From a virus, in IMG/VR virus record IMGVR_UViG_3300045988_135886: a stretch of DNA of 64,000 bases; one strand, written 5' to 3'. Position 1 is the first letter of the stretch. Each line of letters begins with the position of its first letter. Positions 1-10,021 of the stretch are shown here, piece by piece. Made by a program: the position numbers and the translations under genes. Under the pieces are notes generated by a model. The model searched no databases. It saw only the letters and a list, made by a program, of their open reading frames with translations, and had not been told where the DNA came from.

Positions 1-916
1 GATCCTTATATTCCTTGTCAAAACCAAGAATTAATTCTTCTATCTTCAAATAATCGAGTAGCAATTTGATTTGTTCATCTGAAATTTCACTGCCACATAC
101 AGCTAAAGAAAAGTCATCATCACCAAAATACGAATGATTTTGCATAACTCCTTTCTCAGACTCAAGTAGTAAACATTTCCTACAAGTCTTAATCTTATTC
201 TGGTTAATATGAATACCATAAAGATTATGTGATAACTTGTGGCTTAGAAATTTTCCTTCTATATTAAGAGGTACATATTTTCCAATGTTCTCTACGTCTT
301 CTTCATCGAGATATCTTCCTCTTATACCAATAAGATTTTGATGTCTATCTCTATGAGGAATAACTATTTGATTTGTATTACCCCAATAAGATATTTCAAA
401 TGTAGATAACGTCTCTCTGGAAATATGGTCGTTTAAAAACACTTCATGAGGAGTATATTCAAACATTTCTAATACATGCTCATCTATAGGTTCACAGTCT
501 ATAATGTCTGTAGATTTGTTTTTCCCAAACTTCTTGAGCCACGACATATCACATATATGTTTTGGTCTCTCAATATGTTCAACAGCTTTCATATCTATTT
601 GATTAGCAATATAAGATACCGCCTGATACCAAGTATAAGTAATCCCTTGTACTCTTTTAGCTCTGATTACTAATTCAAAAATAGAGAATGATTCGCTACA
701 TGAGGTGTAGCAATGAAATGTTCTTCCAGAATACTGATCTGTAGGTTCATGATAGTAATAAAGCTTATAACTATCGCCACCATGACAGATTGTTTGAAAG
801 ATAAGATTCCCAGATGAGTCTGTTCTATATCCTTTTGATCCTAAATCGGTAACTATCTTGATTACCTGTTCCTTTGTAAGAGCCTTTAATATTGCATTTT
901 TATCATAGTAAGGCAT
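1..916 (-). CDS. DNA primase, DnaG-like (CHC2 zinc finger + TOPRIM-like); C-terminus lies beyond the window edge
   Basis: Absent from the ORF track because it has no stop inside the window. I read frame 916->2 triplet by triplet and found no stop. ATG 916-914. Translation MPYYDKNAILKAL...ICHGGDS...HCYTSCSESF (Zn finger) ...LLLESEKGVM...LGFDKE (acidic TOPRIM-like). Directly follows the helicase gene. Confidence 0.7.
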   Translation of the reverse strand, partial: MPYYDKNAILKALTKEQVIKIVTDLGSKGYRTDSSGNLIFQTICHGGDSYKLYYYHEPTDQYSGRTFHCYTSCSESFSIFELVIRAKRVQGITYTWYQAVSYIANQIDMKAVEHIERPKHICDMSWLKKFGKNKSTDIIDCEPIDEHVLEMFEYTPHEVFLNDHISRETLSTFEISYWGNTNQIVIPHRDRHQNLIGIRGRYLDEEDVENIGKYVPLNIEGKFLSHKLSHNLYGIHINQNKIKTCRKCLLLESEKGVMQNHSYFGDDDFSLAVCGSEISDEQIKLLLDYLKIEELILGFDKEYKD

Positions 917-924
917 CAGTACAC

Positions 925-2541
925 CTAAAAATCAAATGGCATTGATCCCAATAAAGTACTCGTAGCTTCTTGTTGCTCATCATCAGTAATCTGGATATCA
1001 TCAAGGCTCTCAGAATGTTCCTCAATTACTTTCTCAATTTGAGCTACAGCCACTTCAGTTTCGATCAGGTTATAATAGTTGTCTGTAATAAATAAATCTT
1101 TAGTTCTACCAGTAGAGAGATCAGCATATTGCCATAAACGGATTTTTGTCAGTTTTCCTCTTCGTACTTTATATATGTGTCTTACAAGATTGGGTATTGG
1201 CACTCCATACATATTGTGCATAAGTTTCTTTACACACTCTAACTCTGCACTTGTTGGCCTCAGTGAAATTTCACCTAAGTCAATTCTATCTGCTAGAGAT
1301 TTTGCACCTCTTAACATTGTTTCGTCTTTAATCTGACTATCTTTGTATGTACCATTTAACTGAGTCATTGTTAGAATAAAGATATCCAATTTCATAGCCA
1401 AATTCTTAAGAGTGTCCATGAATAAGAACAAAGTCTGATCTTCTCTCAATTTCATTCCTTTACTCATAGAAGCAACTTCAGCAATTAATTTAGCTGACAT
1501 ATGTATATAATCGAATACGAAATAATGACATCCTTTTTCTCTCTTATAAGTTTTAATGATATTTGATATATCTTCTATACCAAAATCATTAATAATTTCT
1601 ATATATAAAGGATAAGTAGCAATATATTCAATAGCTTTATCTACTCGTTCTTCCTCATCTCCTTCATAGTCTCCATCAAGAATCTTGTTCTCTGGTACTC
1701 CGGAAACGTATGCCATAATGATAGTCTGTACTTCGTCTTCCTCTAACTCAGTAGAGATGAATAGAGATGGTTCCTCACACCCAGTGTAAATCCATTCTTT
1801 TTTATCTGTATCATAGAAATAAGGGATTGAAATATTACAGATATCTGCCAATGCAGTCCTTGTCTTTCCTCCACCAGAATCAGCAGAACGAAGATAGACC
1901 TTTTTAAGTCTCGCCCCTCTAGCAATAGTAGTCATCATAGGGCTCTGTAAAGGTATTCCAAACTCTGGTTCTTCTTTCAATCTTTCTTTCAGTTCTTTCA
2001 TCCCCTTACCGGCAAGCTGACCCTTTCTCGAAGAATCCATTCCATAGAGCATTTTTGCTTTCGTAATGAGCAGATCCTCTTCTTCCAGAATCATATCATT
2101 TATTGAAGTTGCATCTAATTTAGCTGCTTGCTGTTCTTGTCTGCTAGGATCAATGATTGTTTGATCATAGATGTTCCTTATGTCTACTCCACATGAATCC
2201 CAATATCTTAAAAGACTAAATTTCTTCAAGCGTTCCAGGTAGTAACTAAAATTTTCCAATTCAGCCAAACGAATGGCATCGTCACAATAATCAATTCCTT
2301 GATTATCGTTGAAAATTTTATATTGTTTCTCATATCTTGAAAGAAAACTATCTATAGCAAATGTATCTATAATCTCTACCCCTTGGTTGTAGAGATTATA
2401 CACACATGAAAATAATATTGCGTAAAATTGTTCTTCTTCAAAGTCATACTGTGTAAGTGTGTATTCTTCCAAAAGGGAAGGTTTCTTCATAATACATCCT
2501 AAACATTGAAGAGTGGCGTGTTTGTCAATTAACATATTCAC
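925..2541 (-). CDS. dnaB: Replicative DNA helicase, DnaB-like
   Basis: 538 aa; Walker A ADSGGGKTRT, Walker B-like FVFDYIH, helical N-terminal domain; ATGA overlap with the upstream gene. Confidence 0.8.
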   Translation of the reverse strand: MNMLIDKHATLQCLGCIMKKPSLLEEYTLTQYDFEEEQFYAILFSCVYNLYNQGVEIIDTFAIDSFLSRYEKQYKIFNDNQGIDYCDDAIRLAELENFSYYLERLKKFSLLRYWDSCGVDIRNIYDQTIIDPSRQEQQAAKLDATSINDMILEEEDLLITKAKMLYGMDSSRKGQLAGKGMKELKERLKEEPEFGIPLQSPMMTTIARGARLKKVYLRSADSGGGKTRTALADICNISIPYFYDTDKKEWIYTGCEEPSLFISTELEEDEVQTIIMAYVSGVPENKILDGDYEGDEEERVDKAIEYIATYPLYIEIINDFGIEDISNIIKTYKREKGCHYFVFDYIHMSAKLIAEVASMSKGMKLREDQTLFLFMDTLKNLAMKLDIFILTMTQLNGTYKDSQIKDETMLRGAKSLADRIDLGEISLRPTSAELECVKKLMHNMYGVPIPNLVRHIYKVRRGKLTKIRLWQYADLSTGRTKDLFITDNYYNLIETEVAVAQIEKVIEEHSESLDDIQITDDEQQEATSTLLGSMPFDF

Positions 2542-3131
2542 TCCCCTATTTTGCTTATATCAATCAAATCTACATTTTTCTTTTTAGGCGATACTTTTAT
2601 ATGCTTCTTTTTATAAATCTTATCCAAATCTACTTTTGAAGGTTCTATACTGTCTAGCTGTGCATAAAATGCCTGAGCTTGATCATAATACCAAGGAATT
2701 AATCCAACAATGTCACTATCTTCATCTTTCCTGGCTTCTAATCCAACTATAGAAAAACAATATTCTAAAGTCTGTTCCATTCCTTCCCAAGTAAATCCTT
2801 CATACATTTTTTTGTATTTATAAGCCATTGCTGAACTTTTCGCTGTGCATTTACCCTGTATTTGCTCCACTTTACTAAAGAATTTTTCTGCTGCCTGGGC
2901 TTCACTTTCTGGAACTGCTTCAGGGATTTCAGGGAGAGCACTTTGTTTCAGCGCTCTCTCATATTGTTCCCTTTGCTTCTTCGTCAGTTTATCATTGTCA
3001 ATCTTTTCTTTTTCTTTCTTGATTTTTTTATCAAGACAAGCTTTATGATAGTATCTGGTTTTTATATGAATAGCTTTCGAAGCAAGTACATTTTTATGAC
3101 ATACCGGGCAAATGTACATTGCCCTTGGCAT
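2538..3131 (-). CDS. Hypothetical zinc-ribbon protein (replication accessory by position only)
   Basis: CPVCHKNV...HKAC at the N-terminus, K/E-rich linker; translationally coupled between the Sak4-like ATPase and DnaB. Confidence 0.45.
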   Translation of the reverse strand: MPRAMYICPVCHKNVLASKAIHIKTRYYHKACLDKKIKKEKEKIDNDKLTKKQREQYERALKQSALPEIPEAVPESEAQAAEKFFSKVEQIQGKCTAKSSAMAYKYKKMYEGFTWEGMEQTLEYCFSIVGLEARKDEDSDIVGLIPWYYDQAQAFYAQLDSIEPSKVDLDKIYKKKHIKVSPKKKNVDLIDISKIGE

Positions 3132-4129
3132 TACGCCACTCCTAATTCAGCACAAGCATCCTTAATGTCTTCGAGAATAATACTCATAGCCTCAGTCTGC
3201 TTTTTAGTACACTGAGATACTTTCTTCCCGACACCAAGAGTCTGCTCTACAATATCTGTCAATGTTTCCATATGATCTGAGGCAGCTAGTTTACCTCCCC
3301 AAAGGGCAATCTCTTCCTGAAGCTGTTCAAAGGACATTGTTTCTTTTTCTTCATACATAGACTGCTGCTCATCATAGGATACTGATTTAATACCGTCAGC
3401 TTCTTCCTGTTTAGTGATTGCATCAGAAATTGCTTTCTCTAAATTATCTGCTGTAAACTCTTCAATTTTAGTTACCATGAAATCATATCTTGAACGAGCG
3501 AAGAACTTATCTGTCTGTGCAAAATAAGCAGAAGATTTAATTACATGTCCATCTTCATCTACGCCATTTGGCTCAAGGTAAGCCACTACGTCACAATTAT
3601 CTACAATTGGTTTAATACAGCGCTTGTCTCCCTTAGGCTGAATAAAGCCATCTTTTTCGTCTGCATGTGCAACGAATACCACTGTATACCCGGAAGTTAC
3701 TAATTTCTGAATCTGTTCCCAATAAATACGTTCATAAATCTGATAAAGATTTACTTTGCTGTTTTCATTGGCTCCAAGAGAAATGCATCCTCCACCATAT
3801 GTGTCACATACGAATTTCTGGCAAAACAGAGAGGAAGCATATACTTCATCAATAACAATAGTGGAATAAATCTCTTTAGCTCTTTCTACTGTTTTAGGAT
3901 CAGTAAGTTCTTTGATGTACTTAGTGAACATTCTCCAGTTGTTAATCATTTTATGTTTAACTCCTGCCTGAGCACCTAAACCATTCTCACACATGAAGAA
4001 CAAAGCATTCTTCATCTTTGCGCAATTATAAGTTTTTCCCGTATTGTTTGTGCCATAAAGCATAATTACTTTTCCTTCAAGACCATGTGCTACAACGCTT
4101 ACTTCTGGTTCAAAAATACTATCTGTCAT
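3131..4129 (-). CDS. RecA-fold AAA_24 / Sak4-like ATPase (recombination/annealing)
   Basis: Walker A YGTNNTGKTY, Walker B IVIDEVY, acidic C-terminal region. Confidence 0.6.
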   Translation of the reverse strand: MTDSIFEPEVSVVAHGLEGKVIMLYGTNNTGKTYNCAKMKNALFFMCENGLGAQAGVKHKMINNWRMFTKYIKELTDPKTVERAKEIYSTIVIDEVYASSLFCQKFVCDTYGGGCISLGANENSKVNLYQIYERIYWEQIQKLVTSGYTVVFVAHADEKDGFIQPKGDKRCIKPIVDNCDVVAYLEPNGVDEDGHVIKSSAYFAQTDKFFARSRYDFMVTKIEEFTADNLEKAISDAITKQEEADGIKSVSYDEQQSMYEEKETMSFEQLQEEIALWGGKLAASDHMETLTDIVEQTLGVGKKVSQCTKKQTEAMSIILEDIKDACAELGVA

Positions 4130-4160
4130 ATGTAATCTCCTTTGATTTTACTATTTATAT

Positions 4161-4178
4161 TTTTTACAAACTTGTTTA
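4161..4178 (-). promoter_or_regulatory. Copy 1 of the conserved 18-nt box (minus strand TAAACAAGTTTGTAAAAA)
   Basis: Exact 18-mer tttttacaaacttgttta on the plus strand. It recurs at 33620-33637, 33710-33727 and 59324-59341. This copy sits in the 53-nt gap upstream of the Sak4-like gene and has no adjacent TTGACA. Confidence 0.5.
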
Positions 4179-4182
4179 TAGA

Positions 4183-5103
4183 TTAAAAATTAGGAAGTTT
4201 TGGTCTAGCTTTAGTTGTTGCGGCAGAAGCTGCTGTCTCTGGCTGTTTAGCTTTTGCTTTCTCTTCCTCTAAGCGAACTTCTCTATCAGTAATTGCCTGA
4301 GAAATTGCACCAATGTCATATGGTTCTGGAGTTGGTGTTTCACTATCCTCGCCGTAAGCATCAGAAGCATTTGTAATAATCATCTCATTTTTATAGATAG
4401 TTTTCTTCTCAAATCTTGGTTTACCAATTTTTACAGGAATTTCTTTTGTGATTTCTGCACGACTATTTACAATATCACCATAGAACTTAACAGTCTGATT
4501 TGGTGTATAATCATCTAAAATTGCTTCTGCAATTCCATCTTCTGCTGGAGCAACTAAAGTCATTGGTTCAATTCCTGAATAAGTAGGAACCCATCCTTTT
4601 ACGATAGCACGACCTGTCTCTTCACCTTTATTCTCGCCAGATGTATAAAGTTCTGGTGTAATAGAAGCAATTGCCATTTCTACTTCAAACCAAGCACGAG
4701 GCTCAAATTTCTCTGGATCTCCATCATAACGATTAAAAAACATTGTCTGGTAGGAGACACCTACATGCACCTGTTTGTCTTTTCCGACATAAGAGCGAGG
4801 TCTGATCTGACCATTTGTAACAGTTACTCTTGTAGCTGCATCTTTACCAACTTTAGCAATAGACTGATATTCTCTCATTACAGTTTCAATGCCTGCATAA
4901 CAGCCATTATCTGTACCGTCATTTTTCTTTTCATTCACATATACTCTAAATGTTACGAAATTAATGTCTCCTGTCTGCACTGTAATGTCACCACTAATGA
5001 CTTTTTTACCATCTCTTACTGATTCTTCCAGTGTGTTTTCGCTTACAATACCAACTACTTCTACTTTTGTGTCTGCCTGTCTTAAATTTGTTTTTTCACT
5101 CAT
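4183..5103 (-). CDS. Putative ssDNA-binding protein (tentative)
   Basis: Next to the Sak4-like ATPase; beta-rich N-terminal half; low-complexity linker; short C-terminal tip ...KLPNF. No diagnostic motif. Confidence 0.35.
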   Translation of the reverse strand: MSEKTNLRQADTKVEVVGIVSENTLEESVRDGKKVISGDITVQTGDINFVTFRVYVNEKKNDGTDNGCYAGIETVMREYQSIAKVGKDAATRVTVTNGQIRPRSYVGKDKQVHVGVSYQTMFFNRYDGDPEKFEPRAWFEVEMAIASITPELYTSGENKGEETGRAIVKGWVPTYSGIEPMTLVAPAEDGIAEAILDDYTPNQTVKFYGDIVNSRAEITKEIPVKIGKPRFEKKTIYKNEMIITNASDAYGEDSETPTPEPYDIGAISQAITDREVRLEEEKAKAKQPETAASAATTKARPKLPNF

Positions 5104-5168
5104 AAATAATGTCTCCTCTTATAAATAATATTGTTTGGTATATTGATAAGCGTTCATGATTGAACGAC

Positions 5169-5342
5169 TTATTCACTAAATCTCATGCTAACTCTATCTA
5201 AATATTCTTCATCTGACAGATTAGCGAATCTAATAACTGTATATATGCCTTTGCATTCTGGGCATCTATTATTTTTTCTTTCATTCCATTCAAATACTGA
5301 AGCACAACGAGTGCACTGGCATAATGTTGTTCGTGTTTCCAT
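5169..5342 (-). CDS. Small zinc-ribbon protein
   Basis: CQCTRC...CPEC. Start moved from the track TTG (5360) to ATG 5342 behind GAGGAGG. Confidence 0.6.
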   Translation of the reverse strand: METRTTLCQCTRCASVFEWNERKNNRCPECKGIYTVIRFANLSDEEYLDRVSMRFSE

Positions 5343-5343
5343 C

Positions 5344-6114
5344 TCATGCCTCCTCTTCAAAGATGCTTCCGCTAATGCCTAAGGCTTCAGCAAGTAGTGT
5401 TTTCAGAGGCTCTGATGGATTCTGATCATTCAACCATCCTAAATAACTATCTGGAATTTCAGAGAGTGGTTCTCCCTTATGTTTGCCGAATGGCATAAGA
5501 TATGTTTCTGGTGTAGGTTTGAATTCTTTCATCAGTTCATCTACTTCAGTTTCATCAAAAGATACTGTTAAATCTTTTCTTGATGCTAAATAATCTGCTA
5601 AGTGAACTATCATCTGACCTTTTGTTTCTGGTAATGGCAGCTCATCTTTACTTCTTTTATCTGTGTTCCATTCACCCATATGTGAGGCGCAACAGTTTGC
5701 AATATAATCCAATTCTTCATCTGGCAACCATTCAAATCCTTTATAGGATTTTATTCTCTCAGCTATAAGTAACGGGTGTTTAAAAAGAGTATATTGACTG
5801 CCATTACGCCCAAGTTTTTCATCATCATGGTTCATAATAGCTGTTCGTAGCATATCTCTTTCTCTTGATGTAAACTGACTCTTGATACAATCAATTGACA
5901 GCATATGGTTTAAGAATCTAGTTGCCCCTTTTACATGTTTAGCAAGTCCCATAAAACCAACTGTATAATCAGGGTGATACTTGTTAGTACTTGAAGCAGA
6001 CACTTGCCAGAAATATGTAGGCGCAGTATCTAGTAATTCAATACAAAATTCCTGAATATCATCATTTTCAAATACTTCTAATTCTTCCTTAAAAAATCTC
6101 TCTGCTAATGTCAT
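5344..6114 (-). CDS. HD-domain phosphohydrolase with DUF3820-like C-terminus
   Basis: NKYHPDY and MNHDDEK (H/HD ligands); C-terminal PFGKHKGEPLSEIPDSYLGWL; ATGA overlap with the RNA ligase gene. Confidence 0.6.
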   Translation of the reverse strand: MTLAERFFKEELEVFENDDIQEFCIELLDTAPTYFWQVSASSTNKYHPDYTVGFMGLAKHVKGATRFLNHMLSIDCIKSQFTSRERDMLRTAIMNHDDEKLGRNGSQYTLFKHPLLIAERIKSYKGFEWLPDEELDYIANCCASHMGEWNTDKRSKDELPLPETKGQMIVHLADYLASRKDLTVSFDETEVDELMKEFKPTPETYLMPFGKHKGEPLSEIPDSYLGWLNDQNPSEPLKTLLAEALGISGSIFEEEA

Positions 6115-7400
6115 ACAGTTTCCTCCTCAATAATTTCTTGTGCCTCTTCCATATCCGGTGTATCAGAGGAATCTTTTATCAATCCTTCAAGGACCTTGAA
6201 AGTGAAATTCTTGTGCTTATAAGCCTTAAAGCTACTTCTATTATCAATTCTTACAACTACACCTTCTCTAACATGTGTCACCCCTATTGGATCAGGCCCA
6301 TCATAATATTTTTCCACACGCTCCATAAGATCTTCTTTAGTAGTAAACAGGAATTTATCAAATTCAGGTACATGTTTAACTCCTAAACGATCACACCAAT
6401 TCTTTACTTCTTCCCATGGAATCTCTGTAATAACTCCATCTTCATTGGTCATAGTCATTCTATAAACATAAATATCAGAAGTACCAGGAGTACACCCATA
6501 AGAGAACACTGTTTCATCACCGTAAAGCTTCTTAACTTCTTTATCTTTAATTTTAGCGTTGGAACAGGTTCCCATAATGGTCTGCTCTGTACCATCAACC
6601 CATCCTACAATTTCATAAAATACTTCCATTCCTTTTGGCAGTCTGTCAATAAAGTAGTCATGATATTTCTGTCTAAATTTATCATTCCCATAGTAACCGC
6701 CTTCAAATACAACTCTTCTTGTTCCAGTAACTATTTTCCATTCTTTGATAACAGGAGCCGGTCTACAAAAAAGTTTCTGTAGTAGAGTCTTTTTCTTAGT
6801 AGTTACTTCTATTGCATTTGCTGTTCGACCAGATGTGCCATGCATTTTCAAAGTAATGTAACAAGTATCTCCTGGTTTAAAGGCATTTAAGTTATATGCT
6901 AACTGTTCTGTATCAGCATGTTCTTTAAAATAAGGAAATTTGTTTTTTAAATTTGGAGTTTTTACTTTCGGACCATTGTTAGATTTTTTATGATTTGATC
7001 TTGGAATATATTTTTTACAGATAACTGTCCCATTAAGTACAGTAATTTGATCTCCTAAAGATAACTTATTTATATCAGTCCATTTGCTAAGAGATTCTAC
7101 TGGTAAAACCAATCCTTCTGATTTTTCACCTCGCAGTCTCATAGCTTTAATGTTTCGTTTTACAGGATCAAGATATCCACCTGTAGTTGTTCCATCTTCA
7201 TTTTTAATACGCAGCAAATTGTTTTCTTTTGCAAATTCTTCTCCTAGCTGACCATCAACCGGGAAAAATACAACTTTCTGCCCTTCGTAATAACTTAAAT
7301 CAACAATAACCGTATTTCCAAAAACGGTACCAAGCTGGAGCCTATCAGCATTGCTGTGTTTACGAAGTTGCTTAAGCTCAGTAATGTAAGCACAATACAT
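6111..7400 (-). CDS. ATP-dependent RNA ligase with N-terminal OB-like domain
   Basis: Nucleotidyltransferase motif I ITLKMHGTSGR; N-terminal HSNADRLQLG OB/tRNA-binding-like segment; 429 aa. Confidence 0.6.
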   Translation of the reverse strand: MYCAYITELKQLRKHSNADRLQLGTVFGNTVIVDLSYYEGQKVVFFPVDGQLGEEFAKENNLLRIKNEDGTTTGGYLDPVKRNIKAMRLRGEKSEGLVLPVESLSKWTDINKLSLGDQITVLNGTVICKKYIPRSNHKKSNNGPKVKTPNLKNKFPYFKEHADTEQLAYNLNAFKPGDTCYITLKMHGTSGRTANAIEVTTKKKTLLQKLFCRPAPVIKEWKIVTGTRRVVFEGGYYGNDKFRQKYHDYFIDRLPKGMEVFYEIVGWVDGTEQTIMGTCSNAKIKDKEVKKLYGDETVFSYGCTPGTSDIYVYRMTMTNEDGVITEIPWEEVKNWCDRLGVKHVPEFDKFLFTTKEDLMERVEKYYDGPDPIGVTHVREGVVVRIDNRSSFKAYKHKNFTFKVLEGLIKDSSDTPDMEEAQEIIEEETV

Positions 7401-7555
7401 TAAGTATTGAATACCTCTTTCTCACTCATAATTCTCTTGCACAGATCAATTACATCTGTGTTGCCTCCTTTTACTTCGTTATATATTTTAGTAACACCAT
7501 AAAGTTTTCCTATATGGAATCCTTTGTTATATGTATCAGTAATTTTCTTTTTCAT
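7400..7555 (-). CDS. Small hypothetical protein (51 aa)
   Basis: Not in the track (<60 aa). ATG 7555; the TAA stop shares one base with the RNA ligase ATG (TAATG). Translation MKKKITDTYNKGFHIGKLYG... Confidence 0.4.
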   Translation of the reverse strand: MKKKITDTYNKGFHIGKLYGVTKIYNEVKGGNTDVIDLCKRIMSEKEVFNT

Positions 7556-7566
7556 CTTTTTTCTAG

Positions 7567-8124
7567 TTATAAACACGTAGCTCCTCCTGTTATTTCTTCT
7601 AAAGTTCTAGGAGTATAATTCAGCAGCATTGCTCCGACATTATACATTTTACATGGTGTATTATATAGATTTTCCATTTCATACTTTGTTCTTTGCATCA
7701 TATTATTTTCAAAACCTGTATGTACATGTCCATATAAATGATACCAACCATAGTAATGATTCTTAAAACAAGGAATCGGATAATGACAGAGAATAATACT
7801 CTCTTTTGGATTAAGGTATAGTTCTTTATAATCAACTATTTCTACAAACAAATTCTGTAAATCTTTGTTTTTCAGAATCTTATTATCATGATTTCCTTTT
7901 ATTAAATGAATCCTACCATTTAGCTGGCTATAATACTCTAATGTTTTAGTTGATCCATACCAACTAATATCTCCCAAAAGATAAACATCATCATCTAAGC
8001 CAACTACTGAATTCCAATTATTTTTAATAGTTTCATCGTTCTCTTCTATTGTCTTAAATGGTCTAGCATCGAATGCCAATGCATTTGTGTGACCAATATG
8101 TAAGTCTGAAATATAATAATTCAT
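7567..8124 (-). CDS. Calcineurin-like metallophosphoesterase
   Basis: DLHIGH, GDISW, GNHD, GHVH motifs. Confidence 0.8.
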   Translation of the reverse strand: MNYYISDLHIGHTNALAFDARPFKTIEENDETIKNNWNSVVGLDDDVYLLGDISWYGSTKTLEYYSQLNGRIHLIKGNHDNKILKNKDLQNLFVEIVDYKELYLNPKESIILCHYPIPCFKNHYYGWYHLYGHVHTGFENNMMQRTKYEMENLYNTPCKMYNVGAMLLNYTPRTLEEITGGATCL

Positions 8125-8273
8125 AAACTACTCACCACAACACTAAGTATATCAATAACGCCAACAATTAGTAATATTATATAAAATCTTGTTCCATGTA
8201 TCCCTATTGATGAACAATAAGCTCCTAGAATACCCCAGCATAGAATATTCAAAATTGATAAAAATGTTTTCAT
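8121..8273 (-). CDS. Small membrane protein (50 aa)
   Basis: Not in the track. ATGA overlaps at both ends; hydrophobic MKTFLSILNILCWGILGAYCSS...LLIVGVIDILSVVV. Confidence 0.5.
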   Translation of the reverse strand: MKTFLSILNILCWGILGAYCSSIGIHGTRFYIILLIVGVIDILSVVVSSL

Positions 8274-8491
8274 AGCTCACCTACCCAATCCTCATAAATA
8301 TTATCTGCATGTGCTTCAATGTCATCATGTAACGTCTCTTCTGGATAATCAATAAGAGAATCTATTACATAAGAATCCATAACTAAACTTGATACTTTAC
8401 TGTCTGACAACTGATATTTTGTTTTTAATGTATCTTTCAAGGCTTCAATATAAGTTTTGGCACTTTTCGTAAGTTTTAATGCATCCGTCAT
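8270..8491 (-). CDS. Hypothetical acidic protein (73 aa)
   Basis: ORF in the co-oriented train, ATG start, no motif recognised. Confidence 0.55.
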   Translation of the reverse strand: MTDALKLTKSAKTYIEALKDTLKTKYQLSDSKVSSLVMDSYVIDSLIDYPEETLHDDIEAHADNIYEDWVGEL

Positions 8492-8495
8492 CGTT

Positions 8496-9272
8496 CTACT
8501 CCTGTAATTTTCGTGCTGAATAACAAATTTCTTTATATTTCATGACTGCATCATACACTTCATCTGGAATTATATTTTTATATTGTTTGACGACAATTTC
8601 TATAATTTTCTTTTTAGCAATGTTATACGAATTACTTGCTTCCTCTTCTGACTCGAAACGTCCCAAATAAATTTTTTCTCCATTAACTCCATTGCAACTT
8701 GCTATATATGCTCCAGACTTTATTTTTTGTACTCCTAAAGCATAATTACCTCTATCATTTTTTCTATCTAGCACAATTGTATTTAATCTATGGGGTAATA
8801 ACAAACAGGTGTCGGGACTATATATTTTATTTCCAATAACTTTTATATCTTTGTCCAATTCAAGTGAGTCGTCCTTTGATAAGGCATATTTATGTTCGCT
8901 GTACCATTTTGCAAAATTTTGATAATTTTTCCATTCGTCGCATACATAGCAATCAATATAATTTTGATTTTTAATATATTTATCGCTATAACATCTTGTT
9001 AACATAGATCCCCATTTTGTATATTCTTCTGTATGAGAAACACCAACTTTAGTTTTAAAAGGACCATAACCTCTATAACCAACACCTAAATAAGTGGGAA
9101 TATTATAGTTCATAATATTTCCTTTTTTGAAATATTGATAATAAGTGTGTCTCACAATAATTCCATCTTCGAATTGGATATCAATATCGTGGACATTTTT
9201 ATATCTAATAATTTGCATCTTTAATCCTTGTTTATTAATATTTTCTTCTCCGGTTCGGTCTATTTTTTGCAT
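8496..9272 (-). CDS. AP2-type DNA-binding protein of the homing-endonuclease-associated kind
   Basis: C-terminal YALGVQKIKSGAYIASCNG..KIYLGRFESEEEASNSYNIAKKK resembles an AP2 domain. No HNH or GIY-YIG catalytic motif seen. Confidence 0.45.
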   Translation of the reverse strand: MQKIDRTGEENINKQGLKMQIIRYKNVHDIDIQFEDGIIVRHTYYQYFKKGNIMNYNIPTYLGVGYRGYGPFKTKVGVSHTEEYTKWGSMLTRCYSDKYIKNQNYIDCYVCDEWKNYQNFAKWYSEHKYALSKDDSLELDKDIKVIGNKIYSPDTCLLLPHRLNTIVLDRKNDRGNYALGVQKIKSGAYIASCNGVNGEKIYLGRFESEEEASNSYNIAKKKIIEIVVKQYKNIIPDEVYDAVMKYKEICYSARKLQE

Positions 9273-9274
9273 AG

Positions 9275-10021
9275 TTAATTCACCCTTATAATCTGTTCAT
9301 ACAAACAAATATCCTTATCAGAAACTGCAAGATTTTGATGATAATGTCCAAAAATATTTTTTCTATAATCAACATTGCACCTTACTTCTTCCAGATAATT
9401 AGTTAACTTATCCGGTTTATACAATCCATGTGATAATAATGCTGCTGTAGAAGAAGCTGTACAATGTGTTAGGATAAAATCTACTTTATTATCATGTTCT
9501 GCCAGGTTCTTTATACCTTCATCCATCTCTTCTTGATTCGGCATTTCTCGCTCCCACCATGAAATGTGATTGATGCGGTACATTTTATCCGGATCATCCC
9601 TCCATTCCTTTACTCTTGGATCGTCAATCTCTAATACTCCATCTGAAATATCATGACTTGCAGCCCCTCCAAAGGTAAAGAATTTTAAATCGTCTATCTC
9701 AAACACCTGTCCTCTCATAAGATGAATTATTGATGGTTTAATAAAATGCACCTTACCACCATGCCATTCTTCTACTGGATAAGAATCTAATATGTCGTAA
9801 TTTTCATGATTACCATCAATAAAGAGTGTTGTGAAATGCTTCTCTTCAAGCCAATTCAAATACCATCTCTGTTGTGGTGAATCTCTCCATATCCCAAAAT
9901 CTCCAAGAACAATTACATAATCATCTTTAGTCATCTCTCTTTGTTCTGGGAACGAGTCCATATTTAATCTATGGATCCAACCCCCATGTGTATCACCCGT
10001 AATCCAAATTATTTCCACCAC
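9275..10021 (-). CDS. Calcineurin-like metallophosphoesterase
   Basis: GDTHGG, LGDFG, GNHENYD, GHYH. The track start 10120 is rejected because it overlaps the upstream gene by >100 nt. GTG 10021 or 10018 is proposed, and the start remains uncertain. Confidence 0.7.
   Translation of the reverse strand: MVEIIWITGDTHGGWIHRLNMDSFPEQREMTKDDYVIVLGDFGIWRDSPQQRWYLNWLEEKHFTTLFIDGNHENYDILDSYPVEEWHGGKVHFIKPSIIHLMRGQVFEIDDLKFFTFGGAASHDISDGVLEIDDPRVKEWRDDPDKMYRINHISWWEREMPNQEEMDEGIKNLAEHDNKVDFILTHCTASSTAALLSHGLYKPDKLTNYLEEVRCNVDYRKNIFGHYHQNLAVSDKDICLYEQIIRVN

Noticed and set aside
476-673. All plus-strand ORFs in the supplied track (for example 476-673, 1079-1336, 2862-3215, 11181-11528, 16317-16685, 17895-18260, 24949-25239, 41945-42268, 45416-45679, 59706-59951), except the internal start of 10883-11080
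   Set aside because: Each lies antisense inside a long minus-strand ORF that has clear motifs. None has an SD at the right distance, and their translations are low-complexity (Leu/Ser/Phe/Ile-rich), as expected from the reverse complement of AT-rich coding DNA.
1743-1925. Minus-strand ORFs nested out of frame inside larger genes (1743-1925, 11191-11514, 11913-12134, 17761-17949, 22196-22390, 47645-47899, 48670-48891, 56193-56447, 56736-56918, 57355-57576, 57658-57876, 57988-58173)
   Set aside because: They are alternative frames of genes with strong domain evidence (DnaB, SPFH, P-type ATPase, macro, peptidase, Cys-rich protein). They lack ribosome-binding sites and have repetitive K/R/L-rich translations.
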